From Phaeosaccion multiseriatum (Eukaryota > Protista > Ochrophyta, other classes): a DNA stretch of 64,000 bases. Below, one piece after another: positions 46,401 through 58,800 of this stretch (position 1 is its first letter; the number at the start of each line of letters is the position of its first letter). The translations under genes were made by a program, and so were the position numbers. The stretch lies in assembly GCA_965112735.1 (NCBI GenBank), contig OZ218963.1, positions 2,852,001 to 2,916,000 on the forward strand. Direction: 5' to 3'. The notes under the pieces are model-generated. The model had not been told where the DNA came from. It was given only the letters and a program-made list of their open reading frames with translations, and did no database searches.

Positions 46401-48367
46401 GACTGACTGACTGACTGACCGACTGACCGACTGACCGACTGACTGACTGACTGACTGACTGACCGACTGACGGACCAACTGACTGACTGACTAACTGACT
46501 GACTGACTGACTGACTGACCGACTGTGTACTCACTTGGGAAGGATGGACAAGAGCGCAAACGTCTTTGCACAGCTCAGTACCCGCAACGACTCGGACGAG
46601 TGCGACAGCGACACCAATGCGTTTAGCGCGGAGTCAGACGTGAGTGGCCGCACGAGAGTCACGTTGCACAAGGTAGCGGCACACAGCTGCTTGACCCGAT
46701 TGGACGGGAAGGCGCTGAGGTGAAGCAGCAGCAGGGAGCCCCCGCCCTCTAACAGCCGGTGCACCACCTCGGCATAAAGGCTGAAGCTGAAGAGGATCGA
46801 GGTACAAAGCACAATGAGGGAGTCGTCTTCCTTGTCTTTGATGCAGTCGAGCGCCCCCATTATGCCTGCGTCGAACAGACGGGCGTGGTACGGTGCCCGG
46901 GTGGCCAGGTTCTGTAACGTGCCTAGACAGACGGTCTGGGTGGCGTTGTCTTCACCGCTGAGCTTGACCATGTTGACCAACACGTTGATGGTCCGGACGT
47001 TGGCCAGGCTGTTGTGTTGTGTATTGTTTAGTATCGATGCACAAAGGAGGAAGGAGGAAGGGGCGGGGAGGACACGCTAAGTTAGAAGGGGAAATCAGCA
47101 GTAGTGCGTCAGAGTTCAAAGCCACCCAACAGCAGTAGTGCAGCAGTAGTGCAGCAGAGCACCAGCAGCAGCACCAGAGGAGGGAGTCTGTCTCTCTCTT
47201 TCACATGCCTGCCCCCTGCTCCCGTGCCTCCCGTGCCTCCCCTCCCTCCCTCCCTCCCTCCCTCTCCCTCCCTCCCTCCCTCCCTCCCTCCAAGGTCAGC
47301 ACAGAAACAGCAGAAACTCTCTCTCTCTCTGTAGCGATTAATTGCACTTTAACTCAACCGTCAACAACGACACTCTGGCCCCCACCTTTCCCCACTTACT
47401 GCTCAATGGCCTCCGGGTTGCACGAGAGGTTGAAGAGGATGAGTCCGACGGTCTGGGCGTGCCGAAGCCTGTTCTTGTTCCTCACGCTACCGCTCATAGT
47501 GCTGATACTGCCACTGCCGCCGCCGCCGCTGTAGCTGCTGCTGTTGCTACTGAGGACGCTGCTGGTGCTCGTAACGCCCCCTCCTCCACCACCACGACTG
47601 CGTGTATCCAAGCTGCCTGCCTCTCCCGCGGTGACAACGGACTCCGAGTCGTCTCCTCCTCCACCCTCCTGCTGCCTATCGTCGCATCCGCTCATTGCGC
47701 AAATCGGCGCCAGGGCATTTGCTTCAAGAATCGTCACGTGGGTCAAAGGGTTCGACACCAAGCTGCAAAGGAGCTGCAGAATATGGTGCTGGGGCTCCCC
47801 CATCCCCCCCCTACGCCTCAAGAAGGCCAAGAGACACTTGAGGACGCCTTTTCCTTCCAAGACCTTGAAGTGGTTGTCAGGATCGACTGCGAGATTGCTC
47901 AGCCCTTGTGCCGAGGCTGCCACACACACGCCAGAGGAGAGGGCTCGAGCGGCGGCCTGCTTGTGCCGTGAGGTGGTGCTCACAACACTGTCAGAGTCGG
48001 CCTCCAGCCTCCGCCCGGAGGTGGTACTCCTGCCCCTGCTGTTGCTGGTGCTGCTGTTGCTGGTGCTGCTGTTGCTGGTGCTGCTGTTGCTGGTGCTGGT
48101 GCTGCTGGTGCTGCTGGTGCTGCTGCTGCTGATGTTTGTAGTGGTAGTGGAAGCAGCGGCAAGGTTAGCGCTCAGCACAGGGATGATGCCGTGTGCTAGC
48201 AAAGTGGGCACGACGTCTCCGAAGCGAGCGAGCTCCATGAGGGCCATGGTCAGAGCGTGCTGCGCAGATACGTCACAGCCCGCAGCGGTGAGACGAGCCG
48301 CCTCCCCTACCATCCCGCCCTGGACGATTCGCATGCGACACGCGGCATTGACCTGGTCACAGAAGGG

Positions 48368-48398
<31 letters not shown>

Positions 48399-51300
48399 AA
48401 TACGTGTGTGCGTGTGCATGGGTGACCGAAGCCCCATCCCCCCCCCAAAGGGCAAGGAACTGTGAGTGAAGGCGACTAAACATAACCTGCACTCTACGGT
48501 CTCCCCTCCCCCCCCCCCCCCCCCCCTCTTCCTCTTGCTATTTACTCACCCGCAGCATGTTGATGATTCCTCTGCAGCACATGACGATGATGGTACCATC
48601 CGCCTCGCCCCCCTTGCCATCTTGCATGCCTAGGATCCTCATGAGCAGCGCTGCCATGCTCTCATCGAGGTAGGGACGAATGTTGTCCAAGGTCGTCAAA
48701 TTCACCACCGCTGCAGCAAAGACGCGAGAACTGGACTCAACACCCTCTTCCTCCTCCTCGTCCTCCTCCTCGTCCTCCTCCTCGCCCACGCCCTCATCAG
48801 AGTCGTGCTTCCCGTTATTGCCAATACCCCTGCCGCCTTCCGAGTCGTCTCCTTCTCCTCCCATGGCCCCTCCCAGCGCCCTTTTGCTCCTATTCCCGTC
48901 CTCTTCCCTCTGCTGCTGCTGCTGTGTCACCAACTGCGGGTGCTGCTGCCGTTGCTGTTGTTGCTTTGCGTCCCTCCATGCCTTGGCCTCCTCCCTCCGT
49001 TGCTTGGCTCGAAGCGCCTCGTCCTTCAACAGCGCATCGACGACGTTAACCACCACCCTCTGCACTGAGTCAGCCTGTGCCGCTGTGAGCACCACCGCGA
49101 TGTTCACAAGGCCCAGGATGGCGAGCCGGACAGTGACGGGGTTGTCCTTGACTCTGGCCAGGGACAGCAAAGCCTGGAGGGCTCCGTCCTAATGCACATG
49201 TACGCGAGGGCGGGGAGGGGGGGGGGAGGGGGCGGCGTTACAGTCGAACCCAAATACTTGATCAACCCCCCTCCTGGCATAGATGGCACTTGAGGTGTTA
49301 ATATATATAGTTAACTCCCTCTCTTGCCTGAAGCATCCACTCCTCGAGGTCTCGCCCTTTGGACAGGAGGTAGAGTGCCATCGCGGAGTTCATCTTGATG
49401 CGCGAGTCCTCATGGCAAGCAAGCCTTCGTAACACCCTTACGACTCCGCTCTCTACGAGCTTGTCCATGCGATAGCCCTCGCTCACGACATTGACCAGGC
49501 AGGCCGTGCAAGTCGCCACTACCTGAGAGGGGGGGGCAAGGGGGAGAAGGCGAGGAAGGGTGTAGGGGGGGGGGGGGGGCAAGTTGATATCACAGGTTAG
49601 GAGAATTAGCCAAACTTCAAACAAAGAGCCTCTGAAGCGCAAACGCAAAGCCTTCTCCGCCGCGCCCCCTCCTTCCCCTTCACCAAGTACAAGGTGCGCC
49701 GAAGGCCAACAGCGAGCACCACGGTGCTGAAGTACGATATGATGACCCAACAGCGAGCGGCGACACGCCCACTTGCCACTGCCTGGCACCCTACCTTGAG
49801 CTCTCTGTCAGGGTTGTTGACAAGGTCCAAGAGCGGCGGTAGCAACGCAAAGTCTTCCAGAAAGGCCTTGGCACCGCCGTCCTGCAGCGTCAGGTTCAGC
49901 ATGGCGAGAGAGCACTTCTCCTGCGCCATTCGCTTGCCGTTCTCGGCCTCCTCCTGCTCTGCCGCCACTGCCGCCATGGTCCCATCTTGACTCGCTGTTG
50001 ATGACCCGTCGGCATAAAAACTTCCCAAAAAGTCGAAATTCTGCGTTTGCGAGCTGTCATCCTCTGGTTTGTCTCCTCCTGCTCCTCCTGCTCCTCCTGC
50101 TGCTGCTCCTGCTCCTCCTCCTTCCCCTCTTGCTAAAGCCGCTGCTGATGCTCCCCCAATTTCGGGCGGCGACGGCGGACGGGGTAATGGGACTCTCCCC
50201 CCGACCGTCAGTTTCCTCTCCATCTTCAACTGACTGCCTCGGTGCTGAAGCTCTGGACTGTATGCGGCAGAGGAAGAAACGTAACCGTAAAGGGTGGGGG
50301 GGAGGGACAGACAAAAGATGACGAGAGTTTCTGGGTGAGAGATGAACAGAAGAGACGACGCGCAACTTTCGACAGCCGCGGGACTCGACTTCAGACGCCA
50401 ACCACAGCGAAACGACAGCCAAACCACAACGAAACGGCAGCACCTATGGGTGTTGAGTGGTGCCCATCAACGTCGCCACACGCAGCCCATACCCCCTCAG
50501 CTCTGTTACTGCCCATGACAGGCACAACCACCCCTCATGTCGCCCCCCTCTCTCGCTTCTCCTTAGCGCAACCTCGCCGCTCTATCGCCCCTCTCTCTCG
50601 TGCCCCCCTCCACCCCCCCCTCCACCTGCTGCTCTCTGCCCTCCCCTGCTTTGCCTCTGCTCTCTGCCCTCCCCTGCTTTGCCTCTGCTCTCTGCCCTCC
50701 CCTGCTTTGCCTCTGCTCTCTGCCCTCCCCTGCTTTGCCTCTGCTCTCTGCCCTCCCCTGCTTTGCCTCTGCTCTCTGCCCTCCCCTGCTTTGCCTCTGC
50801 TCTCTGCCCTCCCCTGCTTTGCCTCTGCTCTCTGCCCTCCCCTGCTTTGCCTCTGCTCTCTGCCCTCCCCTGCTTTGCCTCTGCTCTCTGCCCTCCCCTG
50901 CCGCCGCTCCCCAACACAACGCACCTTGTCCCCGGCTTGGTCGCTGCCCCATAGGACTGCAGTAGAGGGTGAGAGGAAGATTGCATCAGACGATCCTCCT
51001 TGAGCGGCCCCGGCCGACCGCTCCCAACGCCTCCCACATCCGCTGCACCCGCCGTCATTCCTCTACTTGGGGGCCGGAACCCATTGTCCGGAGTCTTGGG
51101 TCTCTTGCCCTGCCCTCTCCCTGCTCCGCCCCCCCCCACACTCCTGCTGTTCATCACCACATCCCCGACGCCTCTCCCCCCCCCCCCACCGCTGCTGGCA
51201 GGGCGGTGCTTGCCAAGCGCGCTCAAGCTAATGGGGCGCGCCGGACCGGGTCGCAAGTGTTTCACCCCCACTGGACCCAAACGAGACATTTTGACCATGC

Positions 51301-52500
51301 CGCCTTCAAAGGTTTTTTCAAGCCAGGACTCCCTCTCGGCTTCTGGGTCAACGTTGGCGCCATCACCCCCCCCACCCCGGCCGTCTTCTGCTGGGTTATC
51401 GCTGTCCCCATCTGCTCCTCCTCCTCCTCCTCCTCCTCCTCCTTCCCCGATGGGAATCCCTCCTGGAAGGTATAGAACCTTGAGAGCAGTTCCCACATCC
51501 AAGCGGCCCTTGGACCGGGCTTCGCGGATGGCCCTACCCAATGACTTCATGGCTGCTAAGCCGTCTCCCCCACCGACCCCACTCCTTTTCGCCCCTTCCG
51601 AAGCGCCGTGTGTCTGAGGGCCTTTGCTGTCTCCTGCGCCTTCCTCTGCGTCTCCCGCCACGCCATCTGATCCTCCTCCGTCCTCTCCCCCTCCCCCTCC
51701 CCCTGCTCCTCCTCCTCCTCCTTCCCCTCCTCCTTCTCCTGCTCCTGCTCCTCCTCCTTCTTCCTCTTCTCCCACCCCGCGGGTGTCTTCTGCCTCTCCT
51801 GCAACCCCTCTTCCTCCTTCTCCTACTGCTCCTCCTCCTCCTCCTCCTCCTCCTCCTCCTTCTCCTCCTCCTCCTCCTCCTCCTCCTCCTCCTCCTCCTC
51901 CTCCTCCTCCTCCTCCTCCTCCTCCTCCTCCTCCTCCTCCTCCTCCTCCTCCTCCTCCTCCTCCTCCTTCTCCTCCTCCCCCGCCTTCGTCTCCTTCCCC
52001 TACGCCTTCTCCTCCTTCTCCCCCCTCTCCTTCTCCTCCTCCTGAGCCATCCCCTCCCCCCCCTCCTCCCCCCCCCTTGCGCTTGTTGGACTCTTCTTGA
52101 ATCTTACGCTCCACCTTCATTCCCTCCACCGTCTCCTGCAGCAGCCTCTGCCGTTTAATATACGAGTTCAGGGCGATCACCACGTCCTCCTTGCTGGGAT
52201 GATTGCGCCAGAAGTGCCGCTCGTGGTGCAGATTCCAAAGGCGGACCAAGGCGCGCAGCTCCTCCAAGCGTATTGGCGCACTCTTGGGATCCTGTGGAGT
52301 GAATAATGCGATGAGGAAGGGGATTTCTTCCCTATCACAAACATGCTCTTCTGCCCCAGTATATTAAAGAATAGGGGAGGTCAGGACGCTGCCACTCCTG
52401 CCTCCCAAAAATCTCTTCCTTCCCGTCTGCCGTGCTTATGACTCACCCTTCTCGGCGGAAACAAGTCGTGCTTGCTCAGATACGGCCTGAGCTTCTCCAT
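40461..52500 (-). CDS. Very large armadillo-repeat protein (about 20 exons) with Gly-rich N-terminus
   Basis: Repeated ARM helices (CSLAMLNLT, CTACLVNV, CLGTLQNLA, CAATLCNVT, CAVALCNV, CAAALANIT, CIGALCNLS) in exons joined by canonical introns. The start may extend to about 52700. Confidence 0.8.
45728..46524. repeat. (GACT)n microsatellite, about 200 units, intronic
   Basis: Visible tandem repeat in ARM gene intron 45294-46534. Confidence 0.97.
50628..50901. repeat. 28-bp minisatellite (ctcccctgctttgcctctgctctctgcc) x about 9.5, intronic
   Basis: Identical tandem units. Confidence 0.95.
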
Positions 52501-52878
52501 CCGTCCTGTACAGCCGAATTTCACGTTCAACACCATCATTTGGGAGCACATCAAGGGAGGAGGAGCAGGCGTGAGGAAGGGAGGGGAGGGCTGGTTTTGA
52601 CTCAGTTTCTGTTTTTTCTCCCCCTTCCCGTACGTACCCTCCTTCGGAAACTTGGAGAAGCGCTCGTGGGCCAGTCGGGCGCATCTTGGTTTCGCTGCGA
52701 TGACCATACTGCCCCACAAGTCTTGTGTATGTCTTCCTCTCTGGAGGGCGCAAAGGAGCTTTTCCGAAACCTTCACGTACCCCCCTGGGTTTTTCTTCTT
52801 CTTGCAAATCTTAGGCAAACGCGAGATTGAGGGGCTGCAGGAGGGCCTGCTCTTGTACGTGGGGGCCTCCAGAGGGCT

Positions 52879-55800
52879 ATGACGCCTCCGATGGGACCAT
52901 ACACTCCCACACAGCTGCAGCAGCTGTTGTTGCTCCTGCTGCCGCTTGCGGGGCTCATCGGCTTTGCCCACACCCTCCAGCTCTCGGTCTCCCCCTCCCA
53001 CAGCAAGGGTGCTTCTTCTAGTAGGCCGAGCGGAGATGCAGGAGCCGCTTCACACTGGGTTGGGACCGGACTCAGTGGCTCCGTCTCAGGAAGGGCTGGG
53101 CGTGGGGGTAGGGAGTCTCTACAGATGCTGCAGCAGGGCGGCAGCGGAAGGAGAGAGAGGAAGTGGGCGCGGGGGGAATGGCTTCCCCAGAAGCAGCACG
53201 AGGCGGCGGATGTTGCTGCTGCTGCTCGGGCGAGGAGAACGAGACTGGCAGGGGAGGCGAATGGGCTCGTGCAGGGGCTCAAGGGTCTGATGAGGTGAGA
53301 CAAACAAACGTGCCGGTCTCCTGTCCGTCCGTGGTCGGCGAAAATCCCGGCTTCGTATCCAGGGGAGGGACGGGTTCTAAAGAAACAGACAGAGGGAGTG
53401 CGACTGGGCATGAGTTCGAAAGTCTGCGAAGGGAGGATGCGAATGGGCAGGGCTGGATGGGCTTCCAAAGAGGAGGTTGGAGTGTGGCGGAGGGGGGGCA
53501 GGAGGAAGGCAAGGAGGTGAATATATGAAGCGAGGGACATGGACTCTGGAGATGCAGCGTGACTGGGATAGCAGGGTATGGCATTAAACGCTGAACACGA
53601 TCGCTGATCGCACACCACCCTCTCAATTGTTTCACCCTGCTTGTTTGCTTTCCACTACTGTGCACCGCACGCAACACGCCCGATCGCACGCACGCCCTGT
53701 AGAGGTCGCAGCGACCGTATAGTAGATCCGCAGGTAACGACCCCCTCGGATGTGAGCAGCTTGCCGACCTTGCAGGCGATGAAGCAGGCGATGGAGCAGG
53801 GCGGAGACAGTACCGCCTCCCTGCTGGATGTACCGCTCCCTGAGCACCCTAACATCAAGTTCGGGCAACTCGACAACGGCCTGAGGTGAGTAGAGTAGAG
53901 TAAAAGGAGGTATGTCTGTCTGTCCATAGAGGGGTTTGCTTGAGGAGGAGGAGGAGGAGGAGGAGGAGGAGGAGGCATGCAGGCTGTTTGTTTGCGTTAT
54001 GGCGTTCAGAATATAGAGGGAAGGGCTCTTGTTTGCAAAGCCTCCCTCCCCTTGCGGGGGGATGGAGCTTTGGAGCATGCCCTTTGGCTAGAGAGCTTGG
54101 AGCTGCTTACTGTTTGTTGCTTGGCCGCCATGTGCAATCAGTTCGCGGCACACACATTAACTGCACATTGAATGCTGTCCACATGTTGAACAGGTACATC
54201 ATCCTCCCCAACCAGTCGCCCCCTCAGCGCTTCGACGCCCACCTGGAGGTCTTCACGGGATCGTCCGACGAGTTGGAGCACGAGCAGGTGTGTGTGTGCG
54301 TGGTGTCCGTCCTTTGGAATAGGACTTTTACTACTGCAACTGCTCTGCTTGCTGCTCTTCTTGTGTGCCGCCGCTGCTCTACCCACCGCCTTTCGCTGCC
54401 CTTCGCTGGCCTGATCACCGGTTATTCTCCCCATCTCTTTCCATCACATGCTCCCCACTGAAACTGCTTGTCTATTTGTGGTGTAGGGTATGGCGCACCT
54501 CACGGAGCACGTGGCCTACATGGGCAGCAAGAAGAGGGAGAAGTTATTTGGCACGGGCAGTCAGACCAACGCTTACACGGTGCGTTCTTTTCCATTCTTA
54601 GCTGTAGCTGTGCCTGTAGCTGTAGCTATGCCTGGGATGGAGTGAGCGTGAGAGTGATGAGGGTGCGAGTGAGGGTGAGCCCCTCCCTCCTCCCTCCCGT
54701 TCACGCCATGCGGTGGCTATGAGTGGGGCCTTTCCACAAGTCGTGCGTCGGGAAATGACGGGGAGGGAGGGAGGGAGGAAGGGAGGGAGTGAGAAACCTA
54801 ACCACTTGAGACGAGTTGAAGTGTGTGTGTGTGTGTACCTCTCGTTGGAGGAAGGGAGTGTATCTCACGTGGAGGGAGCGTCGGAGGACACAGAAGGAGC
54901 CGAGCCGGGGCATCCCGATGGGGCGCTCCAGGGGCCTGTTGGCACATGGCAGGCCCTACCTTATACGTCACACTCTCCTGCTCTCCTGCTCTCCTGCTCA
55001 TCGGAACCCTCTTCAATGGAATGAATCTTCCTGAGTGCTCTAATGCTTCCTGTCTTCTTTCTACTCCCTTCTCCCTCCCCTTGTCTGTCTACCCTTTACC
55101 TTCTCACCCTACTCCATTCTCTGTTTCGTAGGATTTCCACCATACCGTCTTCTTCGCCAACGGTCCTCTGAGCTCCCCCCCTGCGTGGGGCCGGCAAGAG
55201 AGCCAATTGCCAAGAGCGTTAGACGCTCTCTGTGACGTGAGTGCGTACACTATGCCTCTATGCCTCTATGCCTCTAACATGTCTGTCGCACCCGCCCCCC
55301 CGCCCCAGGCCCCCCTCTGCTGCTCTTGACGACAATGCCAGTGCCCTGTCCATCTGATTCCGTCTTGAGTTGCTCTCTTGACCGTTTTTGTCCTCCCCTT
55401 TCTGCCATGTGTGTTGGTCGTATACGTACGCCATCTGCTCCACTCCACTCCTCTCCTCAGGTCCTGGAAGCCAAGATTGAGAAGAGCCGCTTGGAGAAGG
55501 AGCGAGCTGCCGTGCTATCTGAGAAGGATATGGTCAACAACATGGACTACCGAGTGGAGTGCGAGCTTCTCGGCAAGCTGCATGCAGAGAACATGCTGTC
55601 GAGAAGGTTCCCTATTGGAAAGGAGGAGCTCATCCGAGTGAGTGTTGAGTTTTGAGGTTTTAGGTTTGTTTGGGAGTTACTGCCGTGCAGGTTGTGGTTC
55701 TGCTTCGCTTGCCAACCTTACCCTTCTGTCAGCAGCGATACTTGCTTCCCTTGACCAATCAAAACTTCCCCTCTACGGCCAGTCGCCTCGGCGTGGCATT

Positions 55801-58800
55801 TCCGTTACTTACTTACTCACTCACTCACGCACTCCCCACCCTTCGTTTTTGGTTTGATGTTTGCAGGCATGGACTCCTGAGGACTTGAAGGCGTTTCACC
55901 GCAAGCACTACCGTCCGTCCAACGCCATTGTGTACGTTGTCGGAGACGTTGATGTGAAGGAGACCGAGAGTCTTCTGTGGCAGGTGAGGAGCACAAGTGA
56001 GGAGCACAAGGCGTTCGGAGAGGGGACATGTGCTTGGTTGATGGGGACAAGAAGGATGAGAGGTCTGGTGGAGTGAATCAATGCAGGTTACACAAAGACT
56101 TTCGCCTCCTTTCTTTACACCCTCTGAGTCATCCTCTCTCTTCAGCCGTCCCCATGACCGACTGTCCGCCCAGCCATCCATCCACCCAAGCGTACCCCCC
56201 TCTCCCCCTTCACCTTGTCTCCCCCGCTGCTCCCCCGCCCCCCCCCCAACCCCCTGTGGCGCCCTCCACCCCCTCCCCCCACCCCTTTCGTGCATGTGTA
56301 GACGTTTGGGCACTTGGAGGACCCGAAGGACGCAGGGCCGGCGGGGCCAGTCACGCTCAAGAACCTTTGTAAGCACTTCCCCGCCATTACACACGTGTGG
56401 AGCCTCGCTGAAGATGTGAGTCAATGAACACACACACACACACACAGAGTTGAAGTGTTGGTGCACTCCATCCACAGGGAGCAGGTGTTGTCGATGTTGG
56501 CGGGTGGGAGGAAGGGTGAGGGTGATGGCACATCCGTGATGGCACATCCCTTTGAGACTCCAAAGAGAGCGAGCAGAGAGTAGATGGATCACACGCGCTC
56601 CGCCGTTCGCTTTTGTCTTACGGCGCGGAGAGGTTGGCGCGTCTTGTGTGTGTTTGATCAAAGAGTGTCGTGCCTTGCTGTGCTGTGTTTGCAGGGCCTT
56701 GTTTCGCTTTTGAGTGTGTAATGGTTTGTCTCTCTCCTGTCTCATTACTCACTCACTCACTCATTTACTCACTCACTCACTCACTCACCCACTCACTCGC
56801 CCGCTCTCTTGTAACTTTGTGACTCACCCTGTGAGCAGGAGGATAAACGCAAGGGTGTGCCTCCCAACATGGAGGAGTATCTCAAGCTGCCCGTCATGGA
56901 GGCCAAGGACGGCAAAGATCTGCGCGTGCCCGCCATCTTCACACACGAGAATCTACAGGTAGGAGGGGACAAGGAAGAGGGGGTTACACGTTCGCAAGGT
57001 CGGATGGTACTAAATGGCCGCTGTCTTGTGTCTGTTTGATTCGTCTCTTTTCTTCGTAAAATGCCTCCCACTCTTCCCTTTCGGCTTTAAAGAGGCAGCT
57101 GAGAAGGTTTGAAAACGGCCTGCTTGCCTCCTGAACCCCCCCCCCCCGTTCTTGTCTGTTTTGGAATCGATCTCTTCCTCCGAACGACCCCACACCCTTC
57201 CTTGCCTGCTGCAGTGCTTCTCCCTTCACATCTTCGCAAAGAAATGTATCGAACCGGTGACCGACCTTGCCAGTTACCGCCGTTCAGTGATGCGGCGAAT
57301 AGCGGTGGCTGCCCTGGGTATCCGCCTGTCCGTCAACGCACGCACAGACGCGCCCTTCACCATGATGGAGTTCAATCACTTGGACTCGGCAAGAGAGGTG
57401 AGACGAGCAAGTAGAAGAAAGGAGGGAGGGAGGGAGGGAAGAAATAGGTGCAGACCAGGCGAAAGCCGACCGGTCGTCGAAGAGTGACACGCAAGCTCTT
57501 CAGAGGGGAGGAGGGGAGCACTGCGGAACCTCTGGTTGGTCAAGTCAGTGCTCTCTGTCTCTTCTCTTCATGACTTGCGCCCCCTCTGCGCTGCCCACTC
57601 GTCCGTCTTCCGTCTTGTCTCCACCCCCCCATGCGTTCCACCGCCACCATGTCGCACACACCCCTCCCCTCTGGACTCTTTTTTGTGTGTTAGGGTTGCG
57701 CTGTGTGCTATGTCGACATGACGGCGGAGATTGGGCAGTGGAGGGAGGCGACGAAGCTCGCAGTCAAGGAGGTCCGGCGCCTGGGCATCTACGGCCTCAC
57801 GCAGAGTGAGCTTGACAGGTGAGCAGAGGGTGAGACAGCAGCAGACCTTTCCCTCCCTCCTTGTCCTCCCCTTCCTCCCTCCCTCCTTTTTTTTTTCTTC
57901 CTCCCCTCCTTTCTTACTAAGGAGGACTGCCGCAGCAAGCACAGCGTTTGGTGTCTCTCTTTCGGCTGGGTTTTGTTGCTTCAAGCTGTGTATTCACGTT
58001 GCAGTCGGTGCTCTGCTGCCATCGTTCTCTCTTGCTGGGGTGCTGCTGCAGGCTCTCGGCTGCGTTGCTAACTGATAACGAGCAACTGGCGATGCAGGGA
58101 GATCACATCTCCAATGGGGAACAGGTGCGGTCCTGCTGAGGTGTCCTATTGCACATAGTTCCCTTCCTTCCTTCCTTCCTTCCTTCCTTCATTCCTTTGA
58201 ACCTCCTCCCGTCTGCCTGTCAGTCTGTCTGCCTGTCAGTCCGCTCGCCTTGCCTCGCGCCGCCTCTCTTTCCCTCCCCCCCCCCCTCCAGTCCTTCGCT
58301 CTTGGGTCTGTGAACGCCTCAGATCTGCAATATTATATATCACACCCACCGTCCTAATGCAATATCGTTACCAATACCATTACAACTGTCGCAACTGCCG
58401 TTACAATGCCGTTACACAGCTGAGCTTCCTCATGGAGATGGTGTCGAGTCAGCACACCTTTATGGACACGAGGCAAACGTACGAGGCCAGCAGGCTGGCG
58501 GTGGAGAGCTTCACCTTGGAGGAGGTCAACGAGGTGAGGCGGGGAGGCAGATAGTGAGAGCAGCAGGGCACGCAGAGACTGGCAGGCAGGCTGGCAGGCA
58601 GTGAGAGGCAGGTGGTGTGCCGGGATGGGTGGATGCTGGCTTGGTTTGGGTTTGCTGCATCAGTGACTCATCTCGGGAACAAGATTCCAGGAGTCAGGCA
58701 GTTCCGTGCGTGGGATTGAACTGAGCTGTGCTCTGTTTGAGAGGGAGTGGGAGAGGGCGGGGAGCTCAAGAGGACTCACGTTGTGGATCGACCCATCTCA

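Noticed and set aside
45534-46534. SQSV-repeat ORFs
   Set aside because: Translation of intronic (GACT)n.
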